From assembly GCA_965242965.1 (NCBI GenBank), contig OZ251518.1, positions 128,001 through 192,000 on the forward strand: 64,000 nt of DNA, given 5' to 3'. The first letter of the stretch is position 1. Each line of letters starts with the position of its first letter. Under the pieces are notes generated by a model. That model made no database searches. It saw only the letters and a list, made by a program, of their open reading frames with translations, and had not been told where the DNA came from. Of this stretch, positions 9,120 to 18,599 are shown piece by piece. The DNA is from Candidatus Poribacteria bacterium (GTDB lineage Bacteria; Poribacteria; WGA-4E; WGA-3G). A program made the translations under genes and the position numbers.

Positions 9120-10538
9120 ATGCAAGAAAAAGAAAAACTCATTGCGGAACTCTCCGATTTACTCGGTTCCCGAAACGTTTTAACGGACGCGACCGCGCTC
9201 TCAGTATACGAATGCGATGCCGCTCCGTCTTTTAAGGCGATGCCAGATATCGTCGTGTTCGCCGACACGGCGCAGCAGGTATCGGCCATCGTGAAATTGG
9301 CGAACCAGCATGACACGCCGTTCATCGCGCGCGGCGGCGGCACGGGACTGAGCGGCGGTATGCTCTCGGTGCAAGGCGGCATCATCATCGCGCTCAATAG
9401 GATGGACCGCATTTTAGAAATTGACTATGAAAACGAACGCGCGGTTGTTGAGCCCGGTGTGGTTAACCTGTTGCTCACGCATGCGGTGCAAGACGAAGGT
9501 TACCACTACGCGCCAGATCCGTCCAGTCAAAAGGCGTGCACCATAGGCGGCAACATCGCGGAAAACTCTGGCGGCCCGCATACGCTCAAATACGGCGTTA
9601 CGTCAGACCATGTGCTAGGACTGGAAGTGGTGCTTCCCGATGGTGAAATAATTGAACTCGGTGGCATCGTCGAAGAAACACCGGGTTACGATTTACGTGG
9701 CGTGATGATCGGTTCCGAAGGCACCTTCGGTATAGTGACGAAGGCGGTAGTGCGTCTCACCCGTAATCCGCAGGCGTACCAAACCGCGCTCGCCGTTTTT
9801 GAGACGATGGACGATGCCTCCAACGCCGTGTCAACTATTATCGGCGCGGGTATCATCCCCGCCGCTTTGGAGATGATGGATAGCCTCGTGATCCGTGCGT
9901 TAGAAGAGGCGTTTCAGTTCGGCTTCCCGCTGGATGCGGAGGCGATTCTTATCGTGGAACTTGACGGTATCAAGGCAGGGATGCAGAACCAAACCGACCG
10001 GATTCTGAAAATCTTCAAGCAACACAACGCGCGCGATGTCAACTACGCCAAAGACGACGCGGAACGTGAGCAGCTCTGGAAGGCGCGGAAAAGCGCGTTC
10101 GGTTCATTCGGCAGGCTCGCGCCGAACTATATCACGCAGGACGGTGTCGTGCCGCGCACACGGCTGCCGAAGGTGCTCCGCAGAATCTCCGAAATCTCTG
10201 AGAAGTATCAGATACCTATCGCGAATGTCTTCCACGCCGGCGATGGGAATATCCATCCTATCGTGCTTTTCAACGAACGTGACGCAGACCAGTGTGAGCG
10301 GGTGGAGCATGTCAATATGGAGATACTCTCCGTTTGCGCCGAGGTAGGGGGGACAATCACCGGGGAGCACGGTATCGGCGTTGAAAAGATGGACTATATG
10401 CCCCTCATCTTCAGCCACGCCGATTTAGAGGTAATGGCGGCGGTGAAGGAGATCTTCAACCCGACAGGGCTCTGTAACCCCGGCAAGATTTTCCCGACAG
10501 CGGCATCCTACGCGAAACTGGGTCTGCAGGAGGTTTGA
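9120..10538 (+). CDS. glcD: FAD-linked oxidase, glycolate oxidase subunit GlcD-like
   Basis: ARGGGTGLSGG, YAPDPSSQKACTIGGNIAENSGG, HAGDGNIHP, GEHGIG; start chosen from AAGGA RBS. Confidence 0.85.
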   Translation: MQEKEKLIAELSDLLGSRNVLTDATALSVYECDAAPSFKAMPDIVVFADTAQQVSAIVKLANQHDTPFIARGGGTGLSGGMLSVQGGIIIALNRMDRILEIDYENERAVVEPGVVNLLLTHAVQDEGYHYAPDPSSQKACTIGGNIAENSGGPHTLKYGVTSDHVLGLEVVLPDGEIIELGGIVEETPGYDLRGVMIGSEGTFGIVTKAVVRLTRNPQAYQTALAVFETMDDASNAVSTIIGAGIIPAALEMMDSLVIRALEEAFQFGFPLDAEAILIVELDGIKAGMQNQTDRILKIFKQHNARDVNYAKDDAEREQLWKARKSAFGSFGRLAPNYITQDGVVPRTRLPKVLRRISEISEKYQIPIANVFHAGDGNIHPIVLFNERDADQCERVEHVNMEILSVCAEVGGTITGEHGIGVEKMDYMPLIFSHADLEVMAAVKEIFNPTGLCNPGKIFPTAASYAKLGLQEV

Positions 10539-10539
10539 A

Positions 10540-10866
10540 ATGAAAACCTATACCAAAGCCGAAGTCGCGGAGGTAATCCGCGATGTGCTGCATAGCAAGG
10601 TTGACGTTGAGTCTATAGAATACGTGGAAAAGAATGAATTTTCGCTCACTATCGTCATCGGTGAGGCGAGCGGAACCCCTGTCATTCCAGTCCGCGCTTA
10701 CGAACGTTTCCTCGACAGTTTTGCTGCCGTGTTAGGGCAGAAATTTGACACCGAGGGCACCATCTGGAGCACCGGCGACAAGATGGAATATCTCAAAAGC
10801 AGGAGTGGGTCTTGTTGGACGAGACAGATTACCATCGTCCTTGATAACATTAAAATAGCGGGGTGA
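10540..10866 (+). CDS. Hypothetical protein
   Basis: 108-aa ORF starting 1 nt after the glcD stop; AGGAGG RBS. Confidence 0.6.
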   Translation: MKTYTKAEVAEVIRDVLHSKVDVESIEYVEKNEFSLTIVIGEASGTPVIPVRAYERFLDSFAAVLGQKFDTEGTIWSTGDKMEYLKSRSGSCWTRQITIVLDNIKIAG

Positions 10867-10870
10867 ATCA

Positions 10871-11170
10871 ATGACAGAAACAGTGATAGGGGCCATAATC
10901 GGGGCCACCATCGGGGCTAGCGTGACGCTCCTTCTTGCCATAATCGGCGGGATAATCTGGATCGTCCGCAAATTCGGCGAAATCGAAAAAGACCTGGGGC
11001 TCTTTAAAGAAAAGGTGGACAAGCGTTTTTCTCTTCTTGAACAGCGCGTGAAGTATTTAGAGGAACGCCCCATCTACAAAACCCCTGTGGAACCAGGGGA
11101 CGGTGACGAACACGTAACCGAGGTTATCGAGCCTGAGATAAGGGTTCGCGACGGAGAAACCAAGGAATAA
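10871..11170 (+). CDS. Small membrane-anchored coiled-coil hypothetical protein
   Basis: N-terminal hydrophobic helix, then KEKVDKRFSLLEQRVKYLEE. Confidence 0.6.
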   Translation: MTETVIGAIIGATIGASVTLLLAIIGGIIWIVRKFGEIEKDLGLFKEKVDKRFSLLEQRVKYLEERPIYKTPVEPGDGDEHVTEVIEPEIRVRDGETKE

Positions 11171-11237
11171 ATGTCCTACGGCTAAGTTTCAAACAACGAT
11201 AGCCGCAGCGACTCTGCCTATAGGAAAAACCTGAAAT

Positions 11238-12530
11238 ATGTCAAACTCAGCCGCATTGCACGATGAACTGAAACGTATTGTTGGAAGAGCCGGGATGCTT
11301 CCAGATGCGCAAATCGCAGACTATACTATTGATGGCTTAACGCCCAAAGCCGTCGTTTTGCCCGCATCAGTTGGAGAGATACAAGACATCCTCCGTTTCG
11401 CTGCCGCCCGACATCTATCTGTAATCCCCGCGGGGAGCGGCTCAAAACTTGGGTGTGGAAACCCACCGGAAAAGGTAGACATCGTGTTGGCGATGCCGCG
11501 CATCAACGAAGTCGTGGAATACGAACCGGCAGATCTCACCGTTACCGTGGAGGCTGGCATTCAGTTAACCACACTACAGGAAAAATTAGCCGAAAACGGA
11601 CAGTTCTTGCCACTAAATCCACCTTATGCGTCGCGATGCACCCTCGGCGGAATTGTGGCGGCAAATGCGGGAGGCTCGCTTCGTCTCCGTTATGGGACTG
11701 CGAGAAACCTTGTCTTGGGGTTGCGCGTGGTGCATGCAAGCGGCACTGTTGTCAAAAGCGGCGGCAAAGTCGTCAAAAATGTCGCAGGCTATGATATAAA
11801 CAAACTCTATATTGGCTCATTCGGCACACTCGGTATTCTCACCGAAATGACGCTTAAATTGTCGCCGGTACCGGTGCGGCAAGCACTTCTCACGGCGCAG
11901 TTTCAGGATATTCAGGCGGCAGCCAAAACGGGATTAAGCGTTGTCGGTTCACAAACGCTGCCGGATTGCGTCAACCTCCTCGTCAATTCAGAATACCCAG
12001 GTCCGACGTTGGTGGCAGGCTTCGGCGGCGATGCCGAGACCGTGACATGGCAACTGGAACAGGCGCGCAGAATTATGGAACTAAATGGCGCAGTAGGTGT
12101 GAAAGAAATAGAGGGTGAACCGTTCCAGCAACTCAGTAATGCTATTCAGGCATTCGCTGAAGCCGAGAACGATTCCCGAACCGTCATCGTTAAGGTGAAC
12201 CTCAAACGGACAGACATCGCCGAATTTGCCGAATTTGCCGCGAACGTGCTGACAAAGCCCGCGGAGATAATGGCGTTGCTAGGCAGCGGTGTCCTCTACC
12301 TCAAAATGGAACAGGTCGAGGGACTCGCTGATACACTAGCACATATGCGGAAACGCGCTGTAGAGGCACGAGGCAGTCTCATCATTGAATCCGCACCGCC
12401 TGAATTGAAACAGCAACTTGACGTTTGGGGGCCGGTTCCTCCGCGCGCGCGTAACTTGATGCAACAAGTCAAAGCACGATTTGACGAGAGGAATTTGTTG
12501 AACCCAGGGCGTTTCGTTTCGGGTATTTAA
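11238..12530 (+). CDS. glcE: FAD-binding oxidoreductase, GlcE-like
   Basis: EYEPADLTVTVEAG, KSGGKVVKNVAGYD, GSFGTLG, LNPGRF. Confidence 0.8.
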   Translation: MSNSAALHDELKRIVGRAGMLPDAQIADYTIDGLTPKAVVLPASVGEIQDILRFAAARHLSVIPAGSGSKLGCGNPPEKVDIVLAMPRINEVVEYEPADLTVTVEAGIQLTTLQEKLAENGQFLPLNPPYASRCTLGGIVAANAGGSLRLRYGTARNLVLGLRVVHASGTVVKSGGKVVKNVAGYDINKLYIGSFGTLGILTEMTLKLSPVPVRQALLTAQFQDIQAAAKTGLSVVGSQTLPDCVNLLVNSEYPGPTLVAGFGGDAETVTWQLEQARRIMELNGAVGVKEIEGEPFQQLSNAIQAFAEAENDSRTVIVKVNLKRTDIAEFAEFAANVLTKPAEIMALLGSGVLYLKMEQVEGLADTLAHMRKRAVEARGSLIIESAPPELKQQLDVWGPVPPRARNLMQQVKARFDERNLLNPGRFVSGI

Positions 12531-12534
12531 GGAT

Positions 12535-13115
12535 TGCGCGGACGATGGCGAGGGGAACCCTCTCGCATGCGCGTGTGGCATCCGAGGGCCCTCGCCCTAC
12601 GTAAAGGGGCGGCGTTTTTTACCGTAGCGCGGGGGCCTGTCCCCCGCGATGGTTCAAGAACCGTTTTTTTTTATCGTAGCGCGGGGGCCTGTCCCCCGCG
12701 ATCTCCAGTGTCAAGAGTCGCGTTTTAGGTCCTTTAGGACCTACATGTCTATAGAAAAACGTGTCGGCACGTTTTCAAGGTCCTTTAGGTCCTTAATAAA
12801 AAAAACGCGCGGACATGGCAAAACCTATTAAGGACCTAAAGGACCTTAGGGTTTTTCGCAGGCGCGCGTGCTATAGACATTAAGGTCCTACGGACCTAAG
12901 AGACGTTATTTCCACCGTAGCGCGGGGGTCTGTCCCCCGCGAGGGTTGGATTGCGCGGGCGATGGCGAGGGACAGGCCCTCGCCCTACGATGAAGGGGGA
13001 CCTTCTGCCGCCGCTGCCCCGGGAGGCGCGCCGCCCTATTGCATCGAGACCGGGAGGTTTCTCCTACGGGTGTGCATCAATACGGGTCAAGATCAGGCGA
13101 TCTTGACCTACAGAG
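12535..13115. repeat. REP mosaic including the ~180-bp nested-palindrome module D (12721-12905)
   Basis: Family A, B and C hairpins; perfect 22-bp inverted repeat at 12777-12798 and 12826-12847. Confidence 0.9.
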
Positions 13116-13165
13116 GTCTGAATTGAGCACGTTCTCTTACCAAACGAAAAGAGAGGAGCACTACT

Positions 13166-14794
13166 ATGAAAGAAAAAAGAGGGAGGATTCTGTGGATTGA
13201 TAACGGGATTGCCGAACTGAAACCCTATGTCCGTTTTTTGGAATACGAAGGGTATGATGTCTTCTTGACAGACACCGCCGCTGAGGACATCGATTTGCTC
13301 CAAGGCGCGTATGACGCAGTCTTGCTAAACCCTAATCTCCGGATGCAAAACGGGAACCAACTGCTTTCACATATCCGCAGAGAAGACGCGCACATTCCTA
13401 TCGTCCTCGTCACAGACGAAGAGGAAGACGGTGCGCCCTGGCCTGCAATTTTACACGAGGCAGACGAAGTGCTGTTTAGGCCGGGGAGCCCGAAGCAATT
13501 CGCGGCTGCCCTCACGTTCCTGCTTGAAAAGGAGACGATGCGCGAGGCACACATGCCGCAAGCATACGCCGACGATTTCCAGAAACAGTACGCGGGTGCG
13601 CGGGCGGCTACACAAAATGCCTCCACTTCAGAACAACTGCCGCGCAGTCAATGGCAAGCGTGGATAGACACCTACGTCCACCTCGTGGAGTGGGAACTCA
13701 AACTAGACGCGCTTCAAAACGCAGATGAACTGAAAACTATCCATGCATTGGAGAAACGCGAGGCAAACGCCGCGTTCGCCGACTACATTCAGCACACTTA
13801 CACCGACTGGCTTGCAGGCGAAGATTCGCCTACTTTATCCGTGGATGTTTTTCAGAAATCTGTCATCCCGGAAATCCAAGCTGGGAAGCAGGTAATGTTT
13901 GTCATTATCGACTGCATGCGCTTGGACCAGTGGCTGAAAATCGAGCCGATGCTCTATCCGCTGTTCCACATCACGAAGGATTACTACTACTCCATCGTGC
14001 CGACAGCCACCCGTTACGCACGGAACGCCATTTTCAGCGGGCTGTTTCCGTTGGAATTGGTGGCGCGGTATCCCGAATTTTGTAGGGATTCATCGCGCGG
14101 AACGGCTTCGGTGCCGGAATCGCAGATTAACACGAACCGCTACGAGAAGGAGCTCATGCGCCAGCAGTTGGAACGGCACGGGATACTGCTCAAGCCTTCT
14201 CCGCACTACTTCAAAATTTTTGATACCCGCGGGGAGAAACACTACTTTGAGTGGCTCACCGAGATGCAACAGGTTAGCCTTGCGGCGTTAGTCATCGATT
14301 TTTTGGATATGTTGACGCATACCCGAAGCGAAGTTGAAGTGTTGCAGCAACTTATCCCCGATGAAACGGCGTTCCGAACGCTCATGCAAGCGTGGTTTCA
14401 GCATTCATCGCTATACAGAATGCTACGCATCGCTGCAGAACGCGGCATCACCGTCGTTTTAACATCCGACCACGGTTCAGTCCGCTGTCAAAACGCAGCC
14501 AAAATATCAAGCCGCCACAAACTCACCTCCGGGCTGCGGTTTAAAGAGGGCAAAAACATTGATTGCCCACCGGAAGCCGGCATGCTCATTAAAACGCCGA
14601 CGGCGTATGGGCTCCCCGGTGAAGCGGAAGGCAAGCACTACATCGCTGCGAAAGAAGAATACTATTTCGTTTACGAACCGCAGTTTAAGGACTATCAGGA
14701 ACGCTTCCTTGACAGCTTCCAACACGGCGGTATCTCACTTGAAGAGATGATTTTGCCGTGTGTCGTGCTTGAGCCGAGGAGACATCACCGGTAA
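13166..14794 (+). CDS. PorX-like protein: degenerate receiver plus PglZ alkaline-phosphatase-family domain
   Basis: IIDCMRLDQW, PTATRYARNAIFSG, DMLTH, TSDHG and FQHGGISLEEM motifs. Confidence 0.85.
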   Translation: MKEKRGRILWIDNGIAELKPYVRFLEYEGYDVFLTDTAAEDIDLLQGAYDAVLLNPNLRMQNGNQLLSHIRREDAHIPIVLVTDEEEDGAPWPAILHEADEVLFRPGSPKQFAAALTFLLEKETMREAHMPQAYADDFQKQYAGARAATQNASTSEQLPRSQWQAWIDTYVHLVEWELKLDALQNADELKTIHALEKREANAAFADYIQHTYTDWLAGEDSPTLSVDVFQKSVIPEIQAGKQVMFVIIDCMRLDQWLKIEPMLYPLFHITKDYYYSIVPTATRYARNAIFSGLFPLELVARYPEFCRDSSRGTASVPESQINTNRYEKELMRQQLERHGILLKPSPHYFKIFDTRGEKHYFEWLTEMQQVSLAALVIDFLDMLTHTRSEVEVLQQLIPDETAFRTLMQAWFQHSSLYRMLRIAAERGITVVLTSDHGSVRCQNAAKISSRHKLTSGLRFKEGKNIDCPPEAGMLIKTPTAYGLPGEAEGKHYIAAKEEYYFVYEPQFKDYQERFLDSFQHGGISLEEMILPCVVLEPRRHHR

Positions 14795-14931
14795 ACAGGT
14801 GCCACCGAGGAGCCATCGAGACCAGGAGGTCTCGCCTACCGGTAGACAGGAGCCATCGAGACCGGGAGGTCTTTCCTACCGGTAGACAGGTGCCACCGAG
14901 GAGCCATCGAGACCAGGAGGTCTCGCCTACC
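14790..14931. repeat. Three tandem family-B REP units
   Basis: CCGGTA(A/G)ACAGG...GAGCCATCGAGACCRGGAGGTCT..CCTA x3. Confidence 0.85.
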
Positions 14932-14950
14932 CGAAAACGAGGAGAATTTC

Positions 14951-16810
14951 ATGAAAACGCTGACACGTTGGAGTTTGATGCTTACCGCAGTTATTTCGTT
15001 CAACGCGTGGGGACAATTCGGAGACTTTAGCCTCTCCGGCACCGCACCAACCCCCACAATTCGCGCGGACGGATACCTTTCGGTAGATAAAGTGCACCCC
15101 GGCAGTCAATTCCAAATCGCCATCGTTGTGGAGATTGACAAAGGCTGGCACATCAACGCGAATCCTGCGGGTGAGAATCTTATCGCGACAGAAGTGCTGC
15201 TGCCAGAGGATGCGCCGAACGTCACCTTCGGCGAAGTCGTTTATCCGGCAGGTGAGGTGATGAACCTCGCCTCGCTTGGGCTTGTCCCGCTCTATCACGA
15301 TACCATCACTATCGGAATTCAGGCGGATTTGCTTCAAACCGCACCGATTCAAACACAAACGCTGGCGTTCAAACTGCGCTATCAGGCGTGTAATGACGAT
15401 GTTTGCCTGTTACCTGACGAACTCTCTGTCGCAGTTCCGCTCACGGTTGTCGGTATGGAGTCAACCGTTCAGCCAATAAACGATGCGGTTTTCGCCAGCA
15501 TCGCGTTCGGCGCGTCGTCTGGCTCTGGTGAAGATGAAGGGGCACTCTCTCGCGCTATCGCCGGTGGGCAACTCTGGCTCGCGTTCCTGATTGTGTTCGC
15601 CGGCGGCATCCTCACCAGTTTGACACCTTGTGTCTATCCGCTCATTCCTATCACTGTCTCAATTTTAGGGGTGGACGAGTCAGCCGGGTTTCTCAAATCG
15701 CTTCTCCTTGCAGTCGTTTACGTTCTCGGCATTGTCATTACATATTCCATTTTAGGTGTGGCGGTGGCATCGACAGGTGCGGTTTTCGGGCAAATTATGG
15801 CGAACCCCTGGGTCATCGGCAGTATTAGTCTCATCCTCGTCATGCTAGGGATGTCCATGCTTGGCGTTTTTGAATTTCGCTTGCCATACGCAATCCAGAA
15901 TCGCCTCAACACTGTCGGAGGTGCAGGATATGCAGGCGCGTTCGCGATGGGAACCGTCGCCGGTGTCATCGCTGCACCTTGCACCGGTCCCGCGCTCGCC
16001 GTCGTTTTAACTTATATTGCGACGACAGGAAGCCTCTTCCTCGGCTTTTGGCTTATGTTCACCTACGCGCTCGGCATGGGGATGCTTTTCATCGGTTACG
16101 CCGTCGGCATGGGGCTGGTATTTATGGGAGTCCGTTCATTCTCCGGCATTATTGCCGCGCTGCCACGCTCCGGCGGATGGATGTATGTTCTGGAGAATCT
16201 CCTCGGCATTTCGGTTATCACGCTGGCACTCTATTTCCTCAAAGATGTTGTAGCACCGTTCCAAGCGTTCCTTCAGAATTCACCGCAATTCTTTGCCATC
16301 GCTGGCGGGCTCATCATCGTTGGGCTTTGGCTGAGCAAGTTGAACGAACGTTTCAACAGCATCCCGCGCCCCATGCAAATCCGAAAAGCGTGTGGGGTGT
16401 TGCTCACTGTGCTAGGCGCGTATATGGTTGTCGGCGGACTTCAGCAACCCGCGGGACCGCAACTTGACTGGGTGGATACTGAGACTGCCGGGCTTGAGAT
16501 TGCCAAGCGCGAGGACAAATTGGTGATGCTTGACTTTTACGCATCTTGGTGCGCCGCCTGCAACGAGTTGGACCACAAAACCTACGCTGACCCGGGTGTC
16601 GCCGCTAAACTTGATAACTACGTCAATGTTAAACTTGATTTCACTCGCAGTTCTGAAACCACAAAGGCACTCACGGAGAAGTATCAGATTCCTGGGTTGC
16701 CCGTTGTTATTTTCATGGATGCGGAAGGCACTATCCTCAAGCGGCTCACTGGGTTCGTCGGGCCGGAGGAGATGCTTGCTATCCTTGAGGAAGTTGAACA
16801 GCGGCGATGA
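14951..16810 (+). CDS. dsbD: DsbD-family thiol:disulfide interchange protein
   Basis: N-domain YQACNDDVCL; TM domain LTPCVYP and AAPCTGP; thioredoxin domain WCAAC. Confidence 0.9.
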   Translation: MKTLTRWSLMLTAVISFNAWGQFGDFSLSGTAPTPTIRADGYLSVDKVHPGSQFQIAIVVEIDKGWHINANPAGENLIATEVLLPEDAPNVTFGEVVYPAGEVMNLASLGLVPLYHDTITIGIQADLLQTAPIQTQTLAFKLRYQACNDDVCLLPDELSVAVPLTVVGMESTVQPINDAVFASIAFGASSGSGEDEGALSRAIAGGQLWLAFLIVFAGGILTSLTPCVYPLIPITVSILGVDESAGFLKSLLLAVVYVLGIVITYSILGVAVASTGAVFGQIMANPWVIGSISLILVMLGMSMLGVFEFRLPYAIQNRLNTVGGAGYAGAFAMGTVAGVIAAPCTGPALAVVLTYIATTGSLFLGFWLMFTYALGMGMLFIGYAVGMGLVFMGVRSFSGIIAALPRSGGWMYVLENLLGISVITLALYFLKDVVAPFQAFLQNSPQFFAIAGGLIIVGLWLSKLNERFNSIPRPMQIRKACGVLLTVLGAYMVVGGLQQPAGPQLDWVDTETAGLEIAKREDKLVMLDFYASWCAACNELDHKTYADPGVAAKLDNYVNVKLDFTRSSETTKALTEKYQIPGLPVVIFMDAEGTILKRLTGFVGPEEMLAILEEVEQRR

Positions 16811-16853
16811 TGCGTTGGCCTAGCGAGGGACAGGCCCTCGCCCTACGGTAACT

Positions 16854-17309
16854 GAGGGTGTTTCATAAATCAATGTCTTCCCGGTAGGAGAGACCTCCTG
16901 GTCTCGATGGCTCTTGGGTGGGAGAGACCTCCCGCTCCCTGTAGCGCGGGGGCCTGTCCCCCGCGATCTCCATCGGCAAGCGGCGGCGTTTTAGGTCCTT
17001 TAGGACCTACATGTCTATAGAAAAACGTGCCGGCACGTTTTCAAGGTCCTTTAGGTCCTTAATAAAAAACCACGCGAACCTGGCAAAACCTATTAAGGAC
17101 CTAAAGGACCTTAGGGTTCTTTGCGGGCGCGCATGCTATAGACATTAAGGTCCTACGGACCTGAAGAGGACAATGGCAAGGGACAGGTTTTCCCACCGCC
17201 CCACGTGAAGGGGAGGCGTTTTTTTCATCGCAGCGCGCGGCCCTCGGATGCCACACGCGCATCCGAGCGGGTTTCCCCCGCGACGTTGGACGATTTATGA
17301 AACCCCCGC
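16854..17309. mobile_element. Non-autonomous TIR element (MITE-like) carrying REP modules, 9-bp TSD
   Basis: GAGGGTGTTTCATAAAT ... ATTTATGAAACCCCCGC flanked by ACGGTAACT at 16845-16853 and 17310-17318. Confidence 0.9.
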
Positions 17310-17353
17310 ACGGTAACTGATGGAAATTGAACAGAGGAGGTAAAGAGACTCAC

Positions 17354-18409
17354 ATGATTAAATCACTTTCACCGAGCCGATTGCACCGCTGGCTTTTCTA
17401 CGCAGAGGGGCTCGCAATCATCGTCTTTGTCGTGTTAGCCGCGATGTTCATCCGCAGAGGTGGTGCCGAACCGGAATCGCCGCCGGTTTCTCAAGTTGAA
17501 ACCTTCATTGAGAAAGCGGACGCGCGCTTTGAGCAGCAGGACATGGTGGGTGCAGTCCTCCTCTATTGGCAGGCACTTCATGCACTCGAAGGCGATGCGC
17601 GCCCCGAGGACGCGTCTATCCGCGTGCATGCGAATCTCCGCATCGCCGAGATTTACTCGCAAAGCAGTTGGCTGAAGGACGCAAAGGCACGCTTGGAATA
17701 CGCCGAACGCCTTGACTCCGAACATGAAGGCGTGCGTCTCTTACGCGGGAAACTCTACCGCGACGAAGGCCTGCCCGCCGAAGCCGCCGAGCAATTTTTG
17801 GCTGTCCTGAAAAAGAATCCCGACAACGCCGAGGCACACTACCTGCTCGGTGTTCTCTATCAGGCAAGCAAGCAGTTTAAAGAGGCTACCACGCACTACG
17901 CAAAGGCGATTGAAAGCGACTCGGGGTTGCAGGAAATCCCCTCCGAAAAAGCACCTATCGGCATTCTGGCGCGGCTGCAGCTGTCCCGAACCTATAGCCG
18001 AATGCTTCAAAACTATCAATTCCTTGACAGGGAGTTCACAAATGAAGATATGGTGGAGATTGCGCGGCTTGAATCGCAGGCTATTCTCCTCTTGGAAGAG
18101 GCTTATGCCAAGCATCCGGAACTCAATGAAATCAGCGATGACTTGATTCGGTTGCTCTTCGCCCGCGCCGCCGGCCTTGAACGCGAGGCGGAAACCCGTC
18201 CTTACGCCGACGCGCTTGAAGTCTACGAACGCATTGTGCAACTTGACCCGGGGGAAGTCCGCGCATGGGAACGGATGGGCGAAATTTACGCCGGCTTCCT
18301 TGACGATAAGGCAGCCGCGCTTGAAATGTATCGCAAAGTTTATGAACTTGAACCGCACCCCACGGTCTTGGCGAATATCAAATCGCTTGAGGAAGACCTG
18401 GGGGAATGA
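17354..18409 (+). CDS. Membrane-anchored tetratricopeptide repeat protein
   Basis: N-terminal TM helix; TPR units such as NAEAHYLLGVLY and VRAWERMGEIY. Confidence 0.85.
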   Translation: MIKSLSPSRLHRWLFYAEGLAIIVFVVLAAMFIRRGGAEPESPPVSQVETFIEKADARFEQQDMVGAVLLYWQALHALEGDARPEDASIRVHANLRIAEIYSQSSWLKDAKARLEYAERLDSEHEGVRLLRGKLYRDEGLPAEAAEQFLAVLKKNPDNAEAHYLLGVLYQASKQFKEATTHYAKAIESDSGLQEIPSEKAPIGILARLQLSRTYSRMLQNYQFLDREFTNEDMVEIARLESQAILLLEEAYAKHPELNEISDDLIRLLFARAAGLEREAETRPYADALEVYERIVQLDPGEVRAWERMGEIYAGFLDDKAAALEMYRKVYELEPHPTVLANIKSLEEDLGE

Positions 18410-18417
18410 ATTAGAAT

Positions 18418-18580
18418 GAGGGTGTTTCAGAACTCCGTTTCGGTAGTTATCCCGCCTTGGAGGGCTGGCGAATACCGGAAGGCATCGGGCCCCCGTCTGT
18501 AGTTCGGGAGCGCCCGCTCCCGAACGGGTCAGGATCAGGCGATCCTGACCTACAGGGGTAGCGATTTATGAAACACCCTC
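18418..18580. mobile_element. Short MITE-like TIR element, 9-bp TSD
   Basis: GAGGGTGTTTCAGAA ... TTATGAAACACCCTC flanked by AATTAGAAT at 18409-18417 and 18581-18589. Confidence 0.9.
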
Positions 18581-18599
18581 AATTAGAATAGGAGCCCTT

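Noticed and set aside
14790-14931. CRISPR-like appearance of short tandem repeats
   Set aside because: The intervening sequences are themselves repeated and irregular, the unit is a dispersed REP, and there are no cas genes
14951-16810. Selenoprotein candidates, given selB and selC
   Set aside because: DsbD and the other redox proteins use Cys, and I saw no split ORF suggesting UGA readthrough
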